Positions 40,760 to 50,147 of a stretch of DNA of 64,000 bases are shown here, one piece after another. Positions within the stretch are counted from its first letter, which is position 1, and each line of letters starts with the position of its first letter. Made by a program: the position numbers and the translations under genes. Below the pieces are notes generated by a model. It did not search any database and was not told where the DNA came from. It saw nothing but the letters and a program-made list of their open reading frames with translations. The DNA is taken from NCBI GenBank assembly GCA_965217295.1, contig CBDCHR010000007.1:8258-72257 (forward strand). Direction: 5' to 3'. The stretch comes from Cyclobacteriaceae bacterium (GTDB taxonomy: Bacteria > Bacteroidota > Bacteroidia > Cytophagales > Cyclobacteriaceae).

Positions 40760-41029
40760 TTATCACCTAGAGCACATTCTATAACGACTGCTCAGATTGG
40801 TCGAGGAGGCACACAAAAAAGATCATCTGGCAGTTCCACCACGCTTCAGACTTTTAGGTGCCGATTCTCAGACAGCATGAATGTTGCATCCATTCGTTCA
40901 GCACTCGAGCCCACGGTCCCGGTCGCGCCCAGCACCGGCTGTCCGGAACGGAACAGTCTTTCCACTTCGAGGAAGCTTGCCGAGGTCGGCTTCGTTGCCG
41001 ATGAAGATGCTCACGCCATCGTGCATTAT

Positions 41030-41281
41030 GGGGTGGTACACCGATCGGAGGCGAAAGTAACGCTACTTAAGCGTCACGCACCGTCGTAGCGTCAAAGAGA
41101 TACTTGCTAGAAAGTTGATATGGCCGTGCCTAACGGGCCACACACGCTCCAAATCCTTGTCTCTAACCTCATGGCATTTTGCTTTATGTCCCTCCACTAT
41201 TCTGGCGATATGAACGGTGTTGAACACGATGACGGCGTTTGTCACAAGGTTCAAACAAGGGGTTATTGGGCGTTGGCCCAA
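41030..41281 (-). mobile_element. Tn3-family remnant: terminal IR plus transposase C-terminal fragment
   Basis: GGGGTGGTACACCGATCGGAGGCGAAAGTAACGCTA resembles a Tn3 IR; LNLVTNAVIVFNT...RHGHINFL. Confidence 0.75.
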
Positions 41282-41324
41282 TAATCCGATTACCGAGTTC
41301 TATGTCTCCCCTATTTTATGCGAG

Positions 41325-41352
41325 CATGTTAAACGGCTAGCATGTCGGCATG
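41325..41352. repeat. Distal CATG-box site of the partition locus
   Basis: CATG at 41325, 41341, 41349, in the same 8-bp phase as the upstream array. Confidence 0.6.
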
Positions 41353-41583
41353 CTAGCCGTGTTTCTCTTTGTAGAACGCCCACACCTGTTCGAACAGCTC
41401 GCTGGCGGTCGTGTGGCGCTCGAGCGCGTACACCTTGAAGTCGGTGCGCAGGTCGGCGCTCAGCTTGAGCTGTAGGGGTACTTTTTCACTGCTGGCGGGT
41501 TTGTTGAGGTTGGCCGTGGTCTCGGCGGGCGTCGGCGGCGCGCCCTTGGTGCCGGTGGGCTTAGCTATCGTCGGCTTTGCCAT
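41353..41583 (-). CDS. ParG-like RHH centromere-binding protein
   Basis: Flexible N-tail plus VPLQLKLSADLRTDFKVYA; directly after parA. Confidence 0.75.
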   Translation of the reverse strand: MAKPTIAKPTGTKGAPPTPAETTANLNKPASSEKVPLQLKLSADLRTDFKVYALERHTTASELFEQVWAFYKEKHG

Positions 41584-41591
41584 ACTCTCCC

Positions 41592-42230
41592 CTATCCTGT
41601 GAGTCCGGCGAGCTTGTCCATGATGGCCTGGGCCACCTGGTCGGCTTTTTGGTTGAGAGTAGCGAAGCGGGTCTCGGTGACGGTGCGGCCCTCGTCAAGG
41701 GCGCGGCGGTAGCCGACCTGGTCGGGAAGTTCGCCGCCCAACACCTTGTAGCCCGAGCGCTCCAGGTAAGCGCGGCTTTCTTGCACCTCGGCGCTGCTGT
41801 TGCCGACGCGCGAAAGCGTGAAGACGATGCGCTCCGGTTCGATAAGCTTGGCGAGTTCGTGGGCCAGGAGGACGGTGGGTTCTAGGTCGTCGACCGACAA
41901 GCCGGTCGGGATGATGACGAGGTCGCTGGCCTTGGCGGCTTCTTTGGTGGCCTCGGTCGCGTGCGGCGCGCCGTCGATGATGAGCAGGTCGTAGTGGCCG
42001 CCGTCCTCCAGGGCCTTTTTGACGCTGCCGAACATCTCCACCGGCACGTCCGGCTCGAGCCCGCCCTGCAACCTGCGACTCCGCCACTTGAAGCTCGTAC
42101 TCTGGGAGATGTCGAGGTCGGCGACTTTCACCGCCCAGCCGTTCGCCGCGAACTCGCGAGCGACCATGCGGGCGACGGTGCTTTTGCCCACCCCCCCCTT
42201 TTGAGAAATGACGCTGATGATGATAGCCAT
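41592..42230 (-). CDS. parA: Short ParA-family partition ATPase (type Ib)
   Basis: SQKGGVGKS, DLDISQ, IIDG, IIPT; no N-terminal HTH. Confidence 0.92.
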   Translation of the reverse strand: MAIIISVISQKGGVGKSTVARMVAREFAANGWAVKVADLDISQSTSFKWRSRRLQGGLEPDVPVEMFGSVKKALEDGGHYDLLIIDGAPHATEATKEAAKASDLVIIPTGLSVDDLEPTVLLAHELAKLIEPERIVFTLSRVGNSSAEVQESRAYLERSGYKVLGGELPDQVGYRRALDEGRTVTETRFATLNQKADQVAQAIMDKLAGLTG

Positions 42231-42320
42231 GCCGCGAGGCTACCATGCTGACATGGTAGCCGTAAAGCATGTTGACAGTCCAGCATGTAAACATGCTATC
42301 ATGCTAACATGGCAACATGC
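42228..42320. repeat. Centromere/operator array of CATG boxes in 8-bp phase
   Basis: CATG at 42228, 42244, 42252, 42268, 42284, 42292, 42300, 42308, 42316. Confidence 0.8.
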
Positions 42321-42731
42321 TCTTCTCCGACCGCGTACGGGGTTCTGCCCGAAACAGCCCCAGGAAAGGCGGGTTTTGGGGTGTCAAACGGCAAAGCGCA
42401 GGACGCCAAAGCTTGGACCGCCACGTTAGGCGTGAGTCAGTTCGAAGTGCTCCAAACCCGCTGGGACGAAGCCGCGGCGCGGCGCTACTTGCAACTCGTG
42501 TGCAGCTCGGCCTGGACGTTGCCCTGCGGCGTGGGGCTGCTCGAGTACGCCCTGACCGCCCTGGAGCGGACCGTGTATCCCGAGGACCTCATGGTCGTGG
42601 TGCGGGGCGTGCAGGCCGACCCGCAACTTCTCAGGGGAATGGCCTCGGAGAGTGGCGAGAGTCTGGAGCGCTTACGGCTCCAGGTCACGCCGGCGTGGAT
42701 AGCGTCATACTGGGCAGGGGAGAGCGCGTGA
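42309..42731 (+). CDS. Hypothetical protein
   Basis: TGcTATCAT 6 nt before the ATG; stop overlaps the next gene. Confidence 0.55.
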   Translation: MATCSSPTAYGVLPETAPGKAGFGVSNGKAQDAKAWTATLGVSQFEVLQTRWDEAAARRYLQLVCSSAWTLPCGVGLLEYALTALERTVYPEDLMVVVRGVQADPQLLRGMASESGESLERLRLQVTPAWIASYWAGESA

Positions 42732-43030
42732 GCGCGCGGCGCAAGGGCAAGACCAACCCCTACCCGCGCAAACGCTACCGGGGCCACCTGTCCTACCGGC
42801 ACCGCGACGTGGCCGCGTTGCTGCTGGGACGACCCTTGAAGCCGGAGGAGGTCGTCCACCACAAAAACGGCGACCGCGACGACTACCACCCGGACAACTT
42901 AGGTGTGTTCTCGAGCACCTCGGCCCACGCGCGCTACCACCACTACGTCGCCCGGGAAGCGAGCGGCGTGCAGCACCTGTTCAGTCTCGAAGCGTGGCTG
43001 GCGGCGCACGGCGAAAAGGTCGTGCGCTGA
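42728..43030 (+). CDS. Small HNH endonuclease
   Basis: GTG start; VVHHKNGDRDDYHPDNL...HARYH. Confidence 0.8.
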   Translation: MSARRKGKTNPYPRKRYRGHLSYRHRDVAALLLGRPLKPEEVVHHKNGDRDDYHPDNLGVFSSTSAHARYHHYVAREASGVQHLFSLEAWLAAHGEKVVR

Positions 43031-43082
43031 GTGAAGCTGCTCCGTTGACCCCCAAGTTGCCGCGCCCTATGCTGGAGGCCCC

Positions 43083-43778
43083 ATGCTGACGCTCAAACAA
43101 CCCGACGAGTTTAGGGGTGGTGACCCGGAAGGCAGAGCCGTGGCCCACGCCAGCTTCGACGTGCAAAACGCGCTCAGAGGGGCCGAAAACAAGAAGGGGC
43201 TCGTGTTTCTGCATGACCTGAGGCTCGAGCACGAGGGTGAAACAGCCTGGATTGACCACCTCATCTTGCACCGCCACGGGTTGGTGCTGATTGAAAGCCG
43301 CACCTGTAGCAAAGACTTCCAGTGCGACGGCCAGCTGTGGTTCCGCCGCGACGGCGAGGCCTGGCGGGAAGTACCCTCCCCCGTCGTGCGCCTGCAACGC
43401 TACCGCGACCTCGTACTCACCCTGTTGCACGAGGCCGAGGCGTTTCTGCTCGAGCGACCCCGCAACTTAGCCGCCCGGCTAACCGTCGACCTGTACGTGT
43501 CGGTGGCGACCGGCGTGCCCTGTGACGTCGACCTGTCCAACTTAGGAGCGGTCGTCAGGGCCAGCGAGTTGCACGACCTGTTGCGCTCGCAACTGCTCAC
43601 CTACGCGGTGGCCGAGGGTGTCAACCCGTTGGGGCTCGAGGTCAAACTCTGCCCTACCGAACTCGAGCGTGTGGGGATATACCTGCTCAAGCAGCACCGG
43701 GCTCTGCCACTGGGGACGAAGTTCTCGCAAGCAGGCTTGCAAGGGTACTTTCGGCCCAGCAAGAGCATCCGTTCTTGA
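43083..43778 (+). CDS. NERD nuclease-related domain protein
   Basis: FLHDLRL, WIDHLILHRHGLVLIES, SPVVRL. Confidence 0.75.
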   Translation: MLTLKQPDEFRGGDPEGRAVAHASFDVQNALRGAENKKGLVFLHDLRLEHEGETAWIDHLILHRHGLVLIESRTCSKDFQCDGQLWFRRDGEAWREVPSPVVRLQRYRDLVLTLLHEAEAFLLERPRNLAARLTVDLYVSVATGVPCDVDLSNLGAVVRASELHDLLRSQLLTYAVAEGVNPLGLEVKLCPTELERVGIYLLKQHRALPLGTKFSQAGLQGYFRPSKSIRS

Positions 43779-44038
43779 GACGTTCCGATTGCTTGAGAAA
43801 AATGCAGGCCGTACAAGCCCTGGTAGCAGCACCTTTGCGGTGGCTTGTTCCCGCCACGGTTCGCTTCGACCACGCATCCTGGATTGTGACCATCACCGCA
43901 GTCAAGGGGCGGACCCCTTTGATGCACCTGCCCTCACACAACTTGGCCGTGTTTGATGTGCTGCCGTGAACCGTTTGGTGGTATAATCGGATGTTAGCGG
44001 CGGAACCAAGCCGTCTGTTCGCGTGAAAGGACCAGCCT

Positions 44039-44257
44039 ATGCGCACCACCGTATCCATCGAAGACGAGGCCTTTGAAGACCTGCTGCGCTTGAGCGGCGA
44101 AGCCAACCGTACCCGGGCGGTGCAGGTCGCCGTCGAGTTTTACAACCGGCGCAAGAAGCTGGAGCAGCTGCTAGCCCTGCGCGGTACGCTGGACATCGTC
44201 GGTACGGAAGCGCTCGACCAAGCGGACTTAGCAGAGCAGCAGCGGCTTGAGCGCTAA
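44039..44257 (+). CDS. vapB: VapB-family antitoxin
   Basis: MRTTVSIEDEAF...AVQVAV; directly upstream of a PIN toxin. Confidence 0.85.
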   Translation: MRTTVSIEDEAFEDLLRLSGEANRTRAVQVAVEFYNRRKKLEQLLALRGTLDIVGTEALDQADLAEQQRLER

Positions 44258-44660
44258 AGTCTTGGCCGACACGGACGCGTGGATTGCCTTTTTCAGGTCC
44301 AACCGGGGGGAGCCGCCACAGCGTGAGCTGGCGGACGCCCTCGCGCAGCTCATCTCAGAAGACCGAGTGGTGCTTTGCGGCGTGGTGGAGTTGGAACTGT
44401 TGCAGGGTCTACGTGAGGGGGAGCGGAAAGCTCTGGAGACGGCGTTGTCGGCCCTGGAGTTTGCGCCGACGAGCCGGGAAGACTTTCAAACGGCCGGTGA
44501 GCTGTTGGGCGGCTTACGGCGGCGCGGCGTGACCCTTCCCGTGACGGACGGAATCATCGCCGCGCAGTGTCTGCGGCGCGGCTTGGTCCTGTTGGAGAAC
44601 GACAAGCACTTTGCACACATCGAAGGGTTGCAGCGCCATGCGTGGCGCGCAGAGGGGTGA
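44247..44660 (+). CDS. vapC: VapC PIN-domain toxin
   Basis: LADTDAWI, ELELLQG, DGIIAAQ, ENDKHF; TTG start. Confidence 0.9.
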   Translation: MSAKVLADTDAWIAFFRSNRGEPPQRELADALAQLISEDRVVLCGVVELELLQGLREGERKALETALSALEFAPTSREDFQTAGELLGGLRRRGVTLPVTDGIIAAQCLRRGLVLLENDKHFAHIEGLQRHAWRAEG

Positions 44661-44823
44661 GCCCTTTCGCATCGAGCCGGAAACTTACCAGGTTCGAACG
44701 GCGCTCTTTCATCCCGCTGACAGTGTGGCGGGGAGCCTGCCGCCGTATCGAAAAGAGCCGCTTGCTTTGCCAAGCCAAGGAGCTTGTAAGGCCGCTTTTA
44801 GCCGTCCCAGACACGCTTTTTGC

Positions 44824-44852
44824 TTGACTTACCTTAAAATTTAAGGTACACT
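44824..44852 (+). promoter_or_regulatory. Sigma70-type promoter with palindromic operator in the spacer
   Basis: TTGACT-N17-TACACT; overlapping ACCTTAAAATTTAAGGT near-palindrome. Confidence 0.7.
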
Positions 44853-44956
44853 GAGGCATCTATTTAAGGAGGTAGGCACGAGCCGACAACAGGCAAGGGT
44901 CGCGCGACATTCCACTGCGCACGCGACCCTCAAAGACCCCAGCGAAGGAGTTACCT

Positions 44957-45289
44957 GTGGAGTTAAGTTTAGCTTTAGCGTATAGGTTTTTCAAGCGCCC
45001 GCCCAAAGTGAACCCGCTACCCCTCAATCCTCTGAGCGGTTTGTTTTGCGCCTACCTCGAGGCGGTGAAACGTTCTTGCCCCGTTGAAGCCGAAAGGTTG
45101 GCCGACGCCATCGCGCTCGCCCTGGTCGATGCGCGGGCGTTACGCCTACGCCGTGTCTGTGTGGCATACCTGCGCCGTGGCGCTGAGGTGCATGAAGACA
45201 CCCTCAAGGCGCTCGAGCAGCGCGGCGTCACCCTTACACAACGCGAAGTTCGTCACGGCGTGTTCGTCTACGCCGGTTTGGAGGCGTGA
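44957..45289 (+). CDS. Hypothetical protein
   Basis: SD AAGGAG before the GTG. Confidence 0.55.
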   Translation: MELSLALAYRFFKRPPKVNPLPLNPLSGLFCAYLEAVKRSCPVEAERLADAIALALVDARALRLRRVCVAYLRRGAEVHEDTLKALEQRGVTLTQREVRHGVFVYAGLEA

Positions 45290-45293
45290 AGCG

Positions 45294-47120
45294 ATGCCAG
45301 CGACTACGAGCAACCGTAAAAGTAAAGCAGTCAAGTCGAGAGGCAAGGCAAAAGGGGAGAGCGAGCCGAAAGCAGAGGCGCAAGACCCCCAAGCCACCGA
45401 AACTCTCAATCGCCCCTTCAAGGACTTTTATCCTTCCAAGTTGAACCCGCGCAAGAAGTACGACCCTGTTGCCCTAGCTGAGTTGGCCGCGTCGATTTAC
45501 AGCCAGGGTGTGTTGCAATCGGTCGTGGCTAGGGAAACCCCGGAAGGCTTGGAGATTGCCGCTGGGTCGCGCCGCTACCTGGCGGTGCAAAAGCTTGTCG
45601 AACAGGGGAGAGTCACCGAAAACTTCCCCATTCCCGTACAAATACGGCAACTGAGCGCCCTCGAGCTGCTGGACATCGCCACCGCCGAGAACGTCGCCCG
45701 CCAGGACATGCACCCCTTGGAAGAGGCCGACGCCTTCGCCGGGCTGGTCGCTTTGGGCGCTGACGCGGCCTCAGTCGCCGCGCAATACGGTTACACGCTG
45801 CAAACGGTGCAGCAACGGCTGAGGTTGGCGCAAGGGCTCTCAGAGGCCGTCAGGGCGGCTTATTGGGAGGGCGAGCTGACCTTGGGCCAGGTGCAGCAGC
45901 TCTCGGCGGCGAGTCCCGCCCTGCAAGACCACTTGTTAGAGCGAATCCAGGAAAGCAAGCACGACCGCTGGGGTAACCAGTGGACGCCGGGGGACATCAA
46001 AGAGTTTCTGGCAGACCAACTCATCCCGGTTAGAAGCGCGCTGTTCGACCTGAACGAGTACAAGGGCGAAATCACCAACGACCTGTTCGGAGACAGCGAG
46101 CCTTGCTTTTGCGACACCGACCAGGCGCGTGCGTTGCAGCTAGCAGCTTACGAAGCGCTTAAAGCCAAGCTCGAGCAAACTTGGGCCTGGGTCGAGACGG
46201 TCAAGCCCTATCAGTACCCGTCCTACCGCTTTGAGACGCCCGAGGAAGGAGAGACGCCCGACCCGACGACGATGGGCGCACTCATTACCGTGGACGACCA
46301 CACCTGGGAAGTCCAAAGTTTTGAAGGTATCAAGCGAGTAGGGGAGAGGAGGGGGGTAGGGGAAAGCGCCCCCTCGGAAAGCGTGACGCCGAGCGTCAAA
46401 CAAGAGCGCGTCAAGCAACCCAAAGACCACTTCACGGGAAAACACTTGGAAGAAGCGCACCGCCTCAAAACGCTCGCCTTGCAGGACAAGCTGGTAGAAA
46501 GTTACCGCACTTGCCTCATCCTCAACATCATGGGGATGCTGGGCATCAAAAGCGTCGCCGTGAGTGCCGAACGCGACTCTGTCACTCAGCAAGTCGCAGG
46601 GGAGAGCGCGGGACTCGCCGCCGTATTTGCCGAGCACGGTGAACTGGCAGCGTTCTCGAGCTACCCACGGGACAGCTACCCCTTGCGGGTCAGCACTTAC
46701 GACCCAGAGCGCGAGCTTGAGGTTTACAACCACCTCAAAGCGCTGGACGATACCTCGCTGAGCAGCCTGTTTTCAGCCCTCACCGCTTACAGCTACGGCA
46801 CCTGGCCGGTTCGAGAGACGGGGGACAGTCCGTTAGCCGTGCAAATTGCAAAAGATGTGGGCGTGGACATGCTCGACGCTTTTGCGCTCGACGCTGAATT
46901 TTTGAGCATGTACCGCAAGGCGCAACTCCCTACCCTCGCTCGTGAGGTGGGCATCCCCTACAACGTCGAGGGCATGAAAACGGACGCCATGCACGCGGTC
47001 ATCCTCGACCACGCTTCACGTCGTAAGTACGTGCCGGGTCTGGCGCAGTTCTTCGCTCGAGGCGAGACGCCGCCAGAGGGCGTGGCCGAGTTGTTCGAGT
47101 CAGTCGCGCAAGCGGCGTAA
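45294..47120 (+). CDS. ParB/Spo0J-like protein with long C-terminal region (leading-region type)
   Basis: NPRK, LAASI..QGVLQSV, AGSRR, ENVARQDMHPLEEA, HTH. Confidence 0.88.
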   Translation: MPATTSNRKSKAVKSRGKAKGESEPKAEAQDPQATETLNRPFKDFYPSKLNPRKKYDPVALAELAASIYSQGVLQSVVARETPEGLEIAAGSRRYLAVQKLVEQGRVTENFPIPVQIRQLSALELLDIATAENVARQDMHPLEEADAFAGLVALGADAASVAAQYGYTLQTVQQRLRLAQGLSEAVRAAYWEGELTLGQVQQLSAASPALQDHLLERIQESKHDRWGNQWTPGDIKEFLADQLIPVRSALFDLNEYKGEITNDLFGDSEPCFCDTDQARALQLAAYEALKAKLEQTWAWVETVKPYQYPSYRFETPEEGETPDPTTMGALITVDDHTWEVQSFEGIKRVGERRGVGESAPSESVTPSVKQERVKQPKDHFTGKHLEEAHRLKTLALQDKLVESYRTCLILNIMGMLGIKSVAVSAERDSVTQQVAGESAGLAAVFAEHGELAAFSSYPRDSYPLRVSTYDPERELEVYNHLKALDDTSLSSLFSALTAYSYGTWPVRETGDSPLAVQIAKDVGVDMLDAFALDAEFLSMYRKAQLPTLAREVGIPYNVEGMKTDAMHAVILDHASRRKYVPGLAQFFARGETPPEGVAELFESVAQAA

Positions 47121-47452
47121 ATCTCTCACGGGAGTACCCCACCAAGGGTGCTCCCAAAGCGGTTCGTCCCTGAAAGTGGGCCTACGGTCGGGTCACTGTG
47201 TCCTCGTTCAGCGCTACCACACCCGCCCTCCGGCCCACCGGCCCGGCCCTACGGGCAACAGAGTCCTCTTTTGGCGGCTGCGCCACTACGGGCCGGGCCT
47301 CGGCCCCACAGCTTGCAGTGGAGGGCTGCCACGGCGGGGCCGGAAAGCCTTTAATGCAGACGGACTCGAGTTTAAAATAGGGACGCTTATAGCTCACTAG
47401 GGCATAACCACAGCCAAGGTCAAAGACAAAAGCCCAGGCAAGGTGAAAACGC

Positions 47453-47663
47453 CGCTGCGCGCCTCCGGGCGAGGCCGGTCGCGCCTGCATTTTGAGCTGC
47501 TTAATGCCACGAGAACCTTAGCACAGAACCTGGAGAACCGCTTACGCTCTGTCAAGCCGAAAAGCGTGGCTTGACAGTTCTCCAGAACCGTGTGCTAAGA
47601 ACCTCTTAGGCATACGCGGCTCTAAAAATGCAGGCACTCTAACCCCGGCCTCGCCCTGCAGCG
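47453..47663. promoter_or_regulatory. Long imperfect inverted repeat; candidate ssDNA (Frpo/ssi-like) promoter
   Basis: Nested arms GGGCGAGGCCGG/CCGGCCTCGCCC, CCTGCATTTT/AAAATGCAGG, CTTAGCACA/TGTGCTAAG, CTGGAGAAC/GTTCTCCAG, CTGTCAAGCC/GGCTTGACAG. Confidence 0.6.
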
Positions 47664-47814
47664 CTCCACTCCCTGATGACGCTCCTCAGTGCAAACGTCC
47701 CTACTTTTGCTGGCCCAAAAGTAGGCAAAAGGGCCAGGCTCCACGGATAAAAATGCAAGTCTAGTAGACTCAAGATAGATTAAGATTTTGTTCGTACTAC
47801 ACGGCATAAACTAC

Positions 47815-47844
47815 TTGACAATACTATGATAATAAGAGTAAAAT
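47815..47844 (+). promoter_or_regulatory. Sigma70-type promoter
   Basis: TTGACA-N18-TAAAAT. Confidence 0.65.
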
Positions 47845-48079
47845 AAAGACAGTTAAGGGAAACCTTGCGAGTACATTGACAATCAGCCGAGTGACCCAAT
47901 CGGGCCAAACCCTAAACGGGCGTCGAACAGAAAGGAGGTGTAGGGATTCGGCGTTGTTTAAGTGCGGGGGGCAACCTGAGCGACAAGCTTGGTGACGAGG
48001 AAGAAAAAACAAGGCTGTGCAAACTTTGGACGGCAAGCACAGCCCCAGCCATTCCAACCCAGTGAGGAAAGGAACGCTT

Positions 48080-48340
48080 ATGAACAACTTAGCAGGAATT
48101 TTAGAGGCTGACAAGGCCGTGCAACTTGTGCGCGACGGTCAGGATGTCGTCGTCATGAGCGGCGGTAAACACTTGGGCTACGCCCGCCACTGGCGCGACA
48201 CCCGCAGAGGCAAGAGCGGCTTTGTAGCGACCGCCTACCAAGCACCCCCGGACGAGGGCGGCGCGGCGGGCATCGACTTTGAAGTCAAGAAGCTCAGAGA
48301 CGGCCTAGCCTTTATTCGGCGTGAGGGGGTGGCGCTTTGA
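48080..48340 (+). CDS. Hypothetical protein
   Basis: SD AAAGGA; coupled to the next ORF. Confidence 0.6.
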   Translation: MNNLAGILEADKAVQLVRDGQDVVVMSGGKHLGYARHWRDTRRGKSGFVATAYQAPPDEGGAAGIDFEVKKLRDGLAFIRREGVAL

Positions 48341-48684
48341 GCGCCGCTCCGACCGCTCAACAGTTCACGCAAGCCTCGCGCACCCTGCAAGGGGCGCGCA
48401 CGGTGTACCGGGACGATGCCAACGCGCTGGCAAAAGCGAAGTACGACCTCGAGACCAAGAAGGTGCCGCTGCTCGTCGCCGGGGTGCAGGGAGCCAACCA
48501 AGAGAAGCGCGAAGCGACGCTCAGGCAAAAGCTCGAGGCCGAGTACAAAAAGGTTCACGAGGCTGAAAAAACCCTCACCGACGCGAGAACCGAACTCGAG
48601 AACGCCGTAACGGTTTGGGACTGCCTGCGCTACCAGTTGCGTCTGGCCGAGGTCGAAACCGCCGAACTGTTGAGGGCCGCATGA
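48337..48684 (+). CDS. Helical coiled-coil hypothetical protein
   Basis: Overlapping start/stop on both sides; QGANQEKREATLR segment. Confidence 0.65.
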   Translation: MSAAPTAQQFTQASRTLQGARTVYRDDANALAKAKYDLETKKVPLLVAGVQGANQEKREATLRQKLEAEYKKVHEAEKTLTDARTELENAVTVWDCLRYQLRLAEVETAELLRAA

Positions 48685-48917
48685 TACGGGGGGCGCTGGC
48701 CCCCCTCACCCTTGCCGAGTGCGGCGCGTGCGAGGGCGAGGGCTACCGGCTCGTCTGCGCCGGGACACCAGTCGAAACGCACCTCATCTGCGTCACCTGC
48801 GGCGGCGAAGGACGCCTAGAGGTCTGCGAAGGTTGCGGCGAAGTGCCGAGGGTGGTGCGCGGGCTCGAGCTGTGCAACTGCGTGGCGGAGGGCGTAGCGC
48901 TGGCGGTGGCGGCATGA
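48681..48917 (+). CDS. Small Cys-rich (DnaJ-like zinc-finger) protein
   Basis: CGACEGEG, CVTCGGEG, CEGCG repeats. Confidence 0.6.
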   Translation: MIRGALAPLTLAECGACEGEGYRLVCAGTPVETHLICVTCGGEGRLEVCEGCGEVPRVVRGLELCNCVAEGVALAVAA

Positions 48918-49741
48918 ACGGCACCCGCCCCGGCGCGCCCGAGCTGCTGGCGGAGAACGTCGCAAAGTTGCTGGACTCTGAAACCTACAAAGCGGCGCTT
49001 AGAATGCGTAAACGCTTTCACCGCTACAGCTTCCGTAACGTGTGGCTCATCTACTGCCAGAACCCCCACGCCTCGCACGTCGCGGGCTATCAAGTTTGGA
49101 AAGCCTGCGGCCGTCAGGTCAAAAAAGGCGAGCAGGGCTTGAGAATCTTAGCGCCCCTTACCAAACGAAACGACGCCGGAGACGCGGAACTATTCGGCTT
49201 CAAAACGGCGAGCGTGTTCGACGTGGCGCAGACCGAGGGCGAGGCGTTACCGGAAACGCCCAAGCCTGAACCGCTCACCGAGGACGACCCGCGTATACCG
49301 GGCTTGTTGAGCCGCCTCGAGCGTTTTGCCCAGAGCAACGGCAACCGGCTTGAGTACAAAACGCTCACCGGCTCGTGTCACGGCTTTTTCAGACCCTCAA
49401 GCGGTGACATCATGATTAGCGACGACCTACCGCCGCTCGAGACGCTTGCAACCCTCATCCACGAAATCGCTCATAGCCTCGCGCACGGCGACACCAAGAC
49501 CTCGCGCAGTGTGGCGGAACTCGAGGCCGAGTCTTGCGCTTTCTTAGTCTGTGACGCGCTCGGACTCGACACCTCGCGGAGTTCATTTGCTTACCTTGCC
49601 GACTGGACGGACAACCCCGAGCAGGTTCTGCCCGCTGCCCAGCACGCCGCGAAGCTGTCCGACCGCATCCTGGAGGCTCTAACCGAGCCTCCCCCCATTC
49701 CCCCGGAGGCTCATGATGTGCGTGTACTTGTTGCACATTGA
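48914..49741 (+). CDS. ArdC-like ssDNA-binding / antirestriction protein with HExxH metallopeptidase-like domain
   Basis: FHRYSFRNVWLI, VAGYQVWK, VKKGEQG, VFDVAQT, TLIHEIAH, ELEAES. Confidence 0.85.
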   Translation: MNGTRPGAPELLAENVAKLLDSETYKAALRMRKRFHRYSFRNVWLIYCQNPHASHVAGYQVWKACGRQVKKGEQGLRILAPLTKRNDAGDAELFGFKTASVFDVAQTEGEALPETPKPEPLTEDDPRIPGLLSRLERFAQSNGNRLEYKTLTGSCHGFFRPSSGDIMISDDLPPLETLATLIHEIAHSLAHGDTKTSRSVAELEAESCAFLVCDALGLDTSRSSFAYLADWTDNPEQVLPAAQHAAKLSDRILEALTEPPPIPPEAHDVRVLVAH

Positions 49742-50012
49742 GCCGCCATACCGCCACGCTTCTCATTACACCGGCTACGCCCAGGACGGCGACCCGGAAA
49801 GAAGGCTGAGGGAGCACAAACGGGGCCGGGGTAGCCCGCTCGTATACGCCGCGGTCGAAGCGGGCTGTGAGGTGAGCGTCGTGCGGACGTGGCAGGGTGG
49901 CAGGGTGCTCGAGCGCAAGCTGAAAAGGCGCAAGAACGCACCCTGTCTGTGCCCCCGTTGTAACCCGGTGAGCGCGTTTCACAACGCCGTTTTCGAGGCG
50001 GGTGGCGCATAG
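49713..50012 (+). CDS. Small GIY-YIG-like endonuclease
   Basis: VYLLH...HYTG...RRLREH...ERKLK, CPRC. Confidence 0.7.
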   Translation: MMCVYLLHIEPPYRHASHYTGYAQDGDPERRLREHKRGRGSPLVYAAVEAGCEVSVVRTWQGGRVLERKLKRRKNAPCLCPRCNPVSAFHNAVFEAGGA

Positions 50013-50024
50013 AGCACGTAAAAC

Positions 50025-50054
50025 GTGTGGAGAGGTCTCGAGACCTCTCCACAC
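50025..50054. repeat. Perfect 30-bp palindrome
   Basis: GTGTGGAGAGGTCTC|GAGACCTCTCCACAC. Confidence 0.9.
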
Positions 50055-50147
50055 CTTTCCCCTTTTTTAGCAAGGCTCAGGAAAGGCAGGTGCGCGGTGC
50101 AAGGCTTACCCAAGACATGTCAGGGCCGCGCTTCTTTGGCCCTGCGT

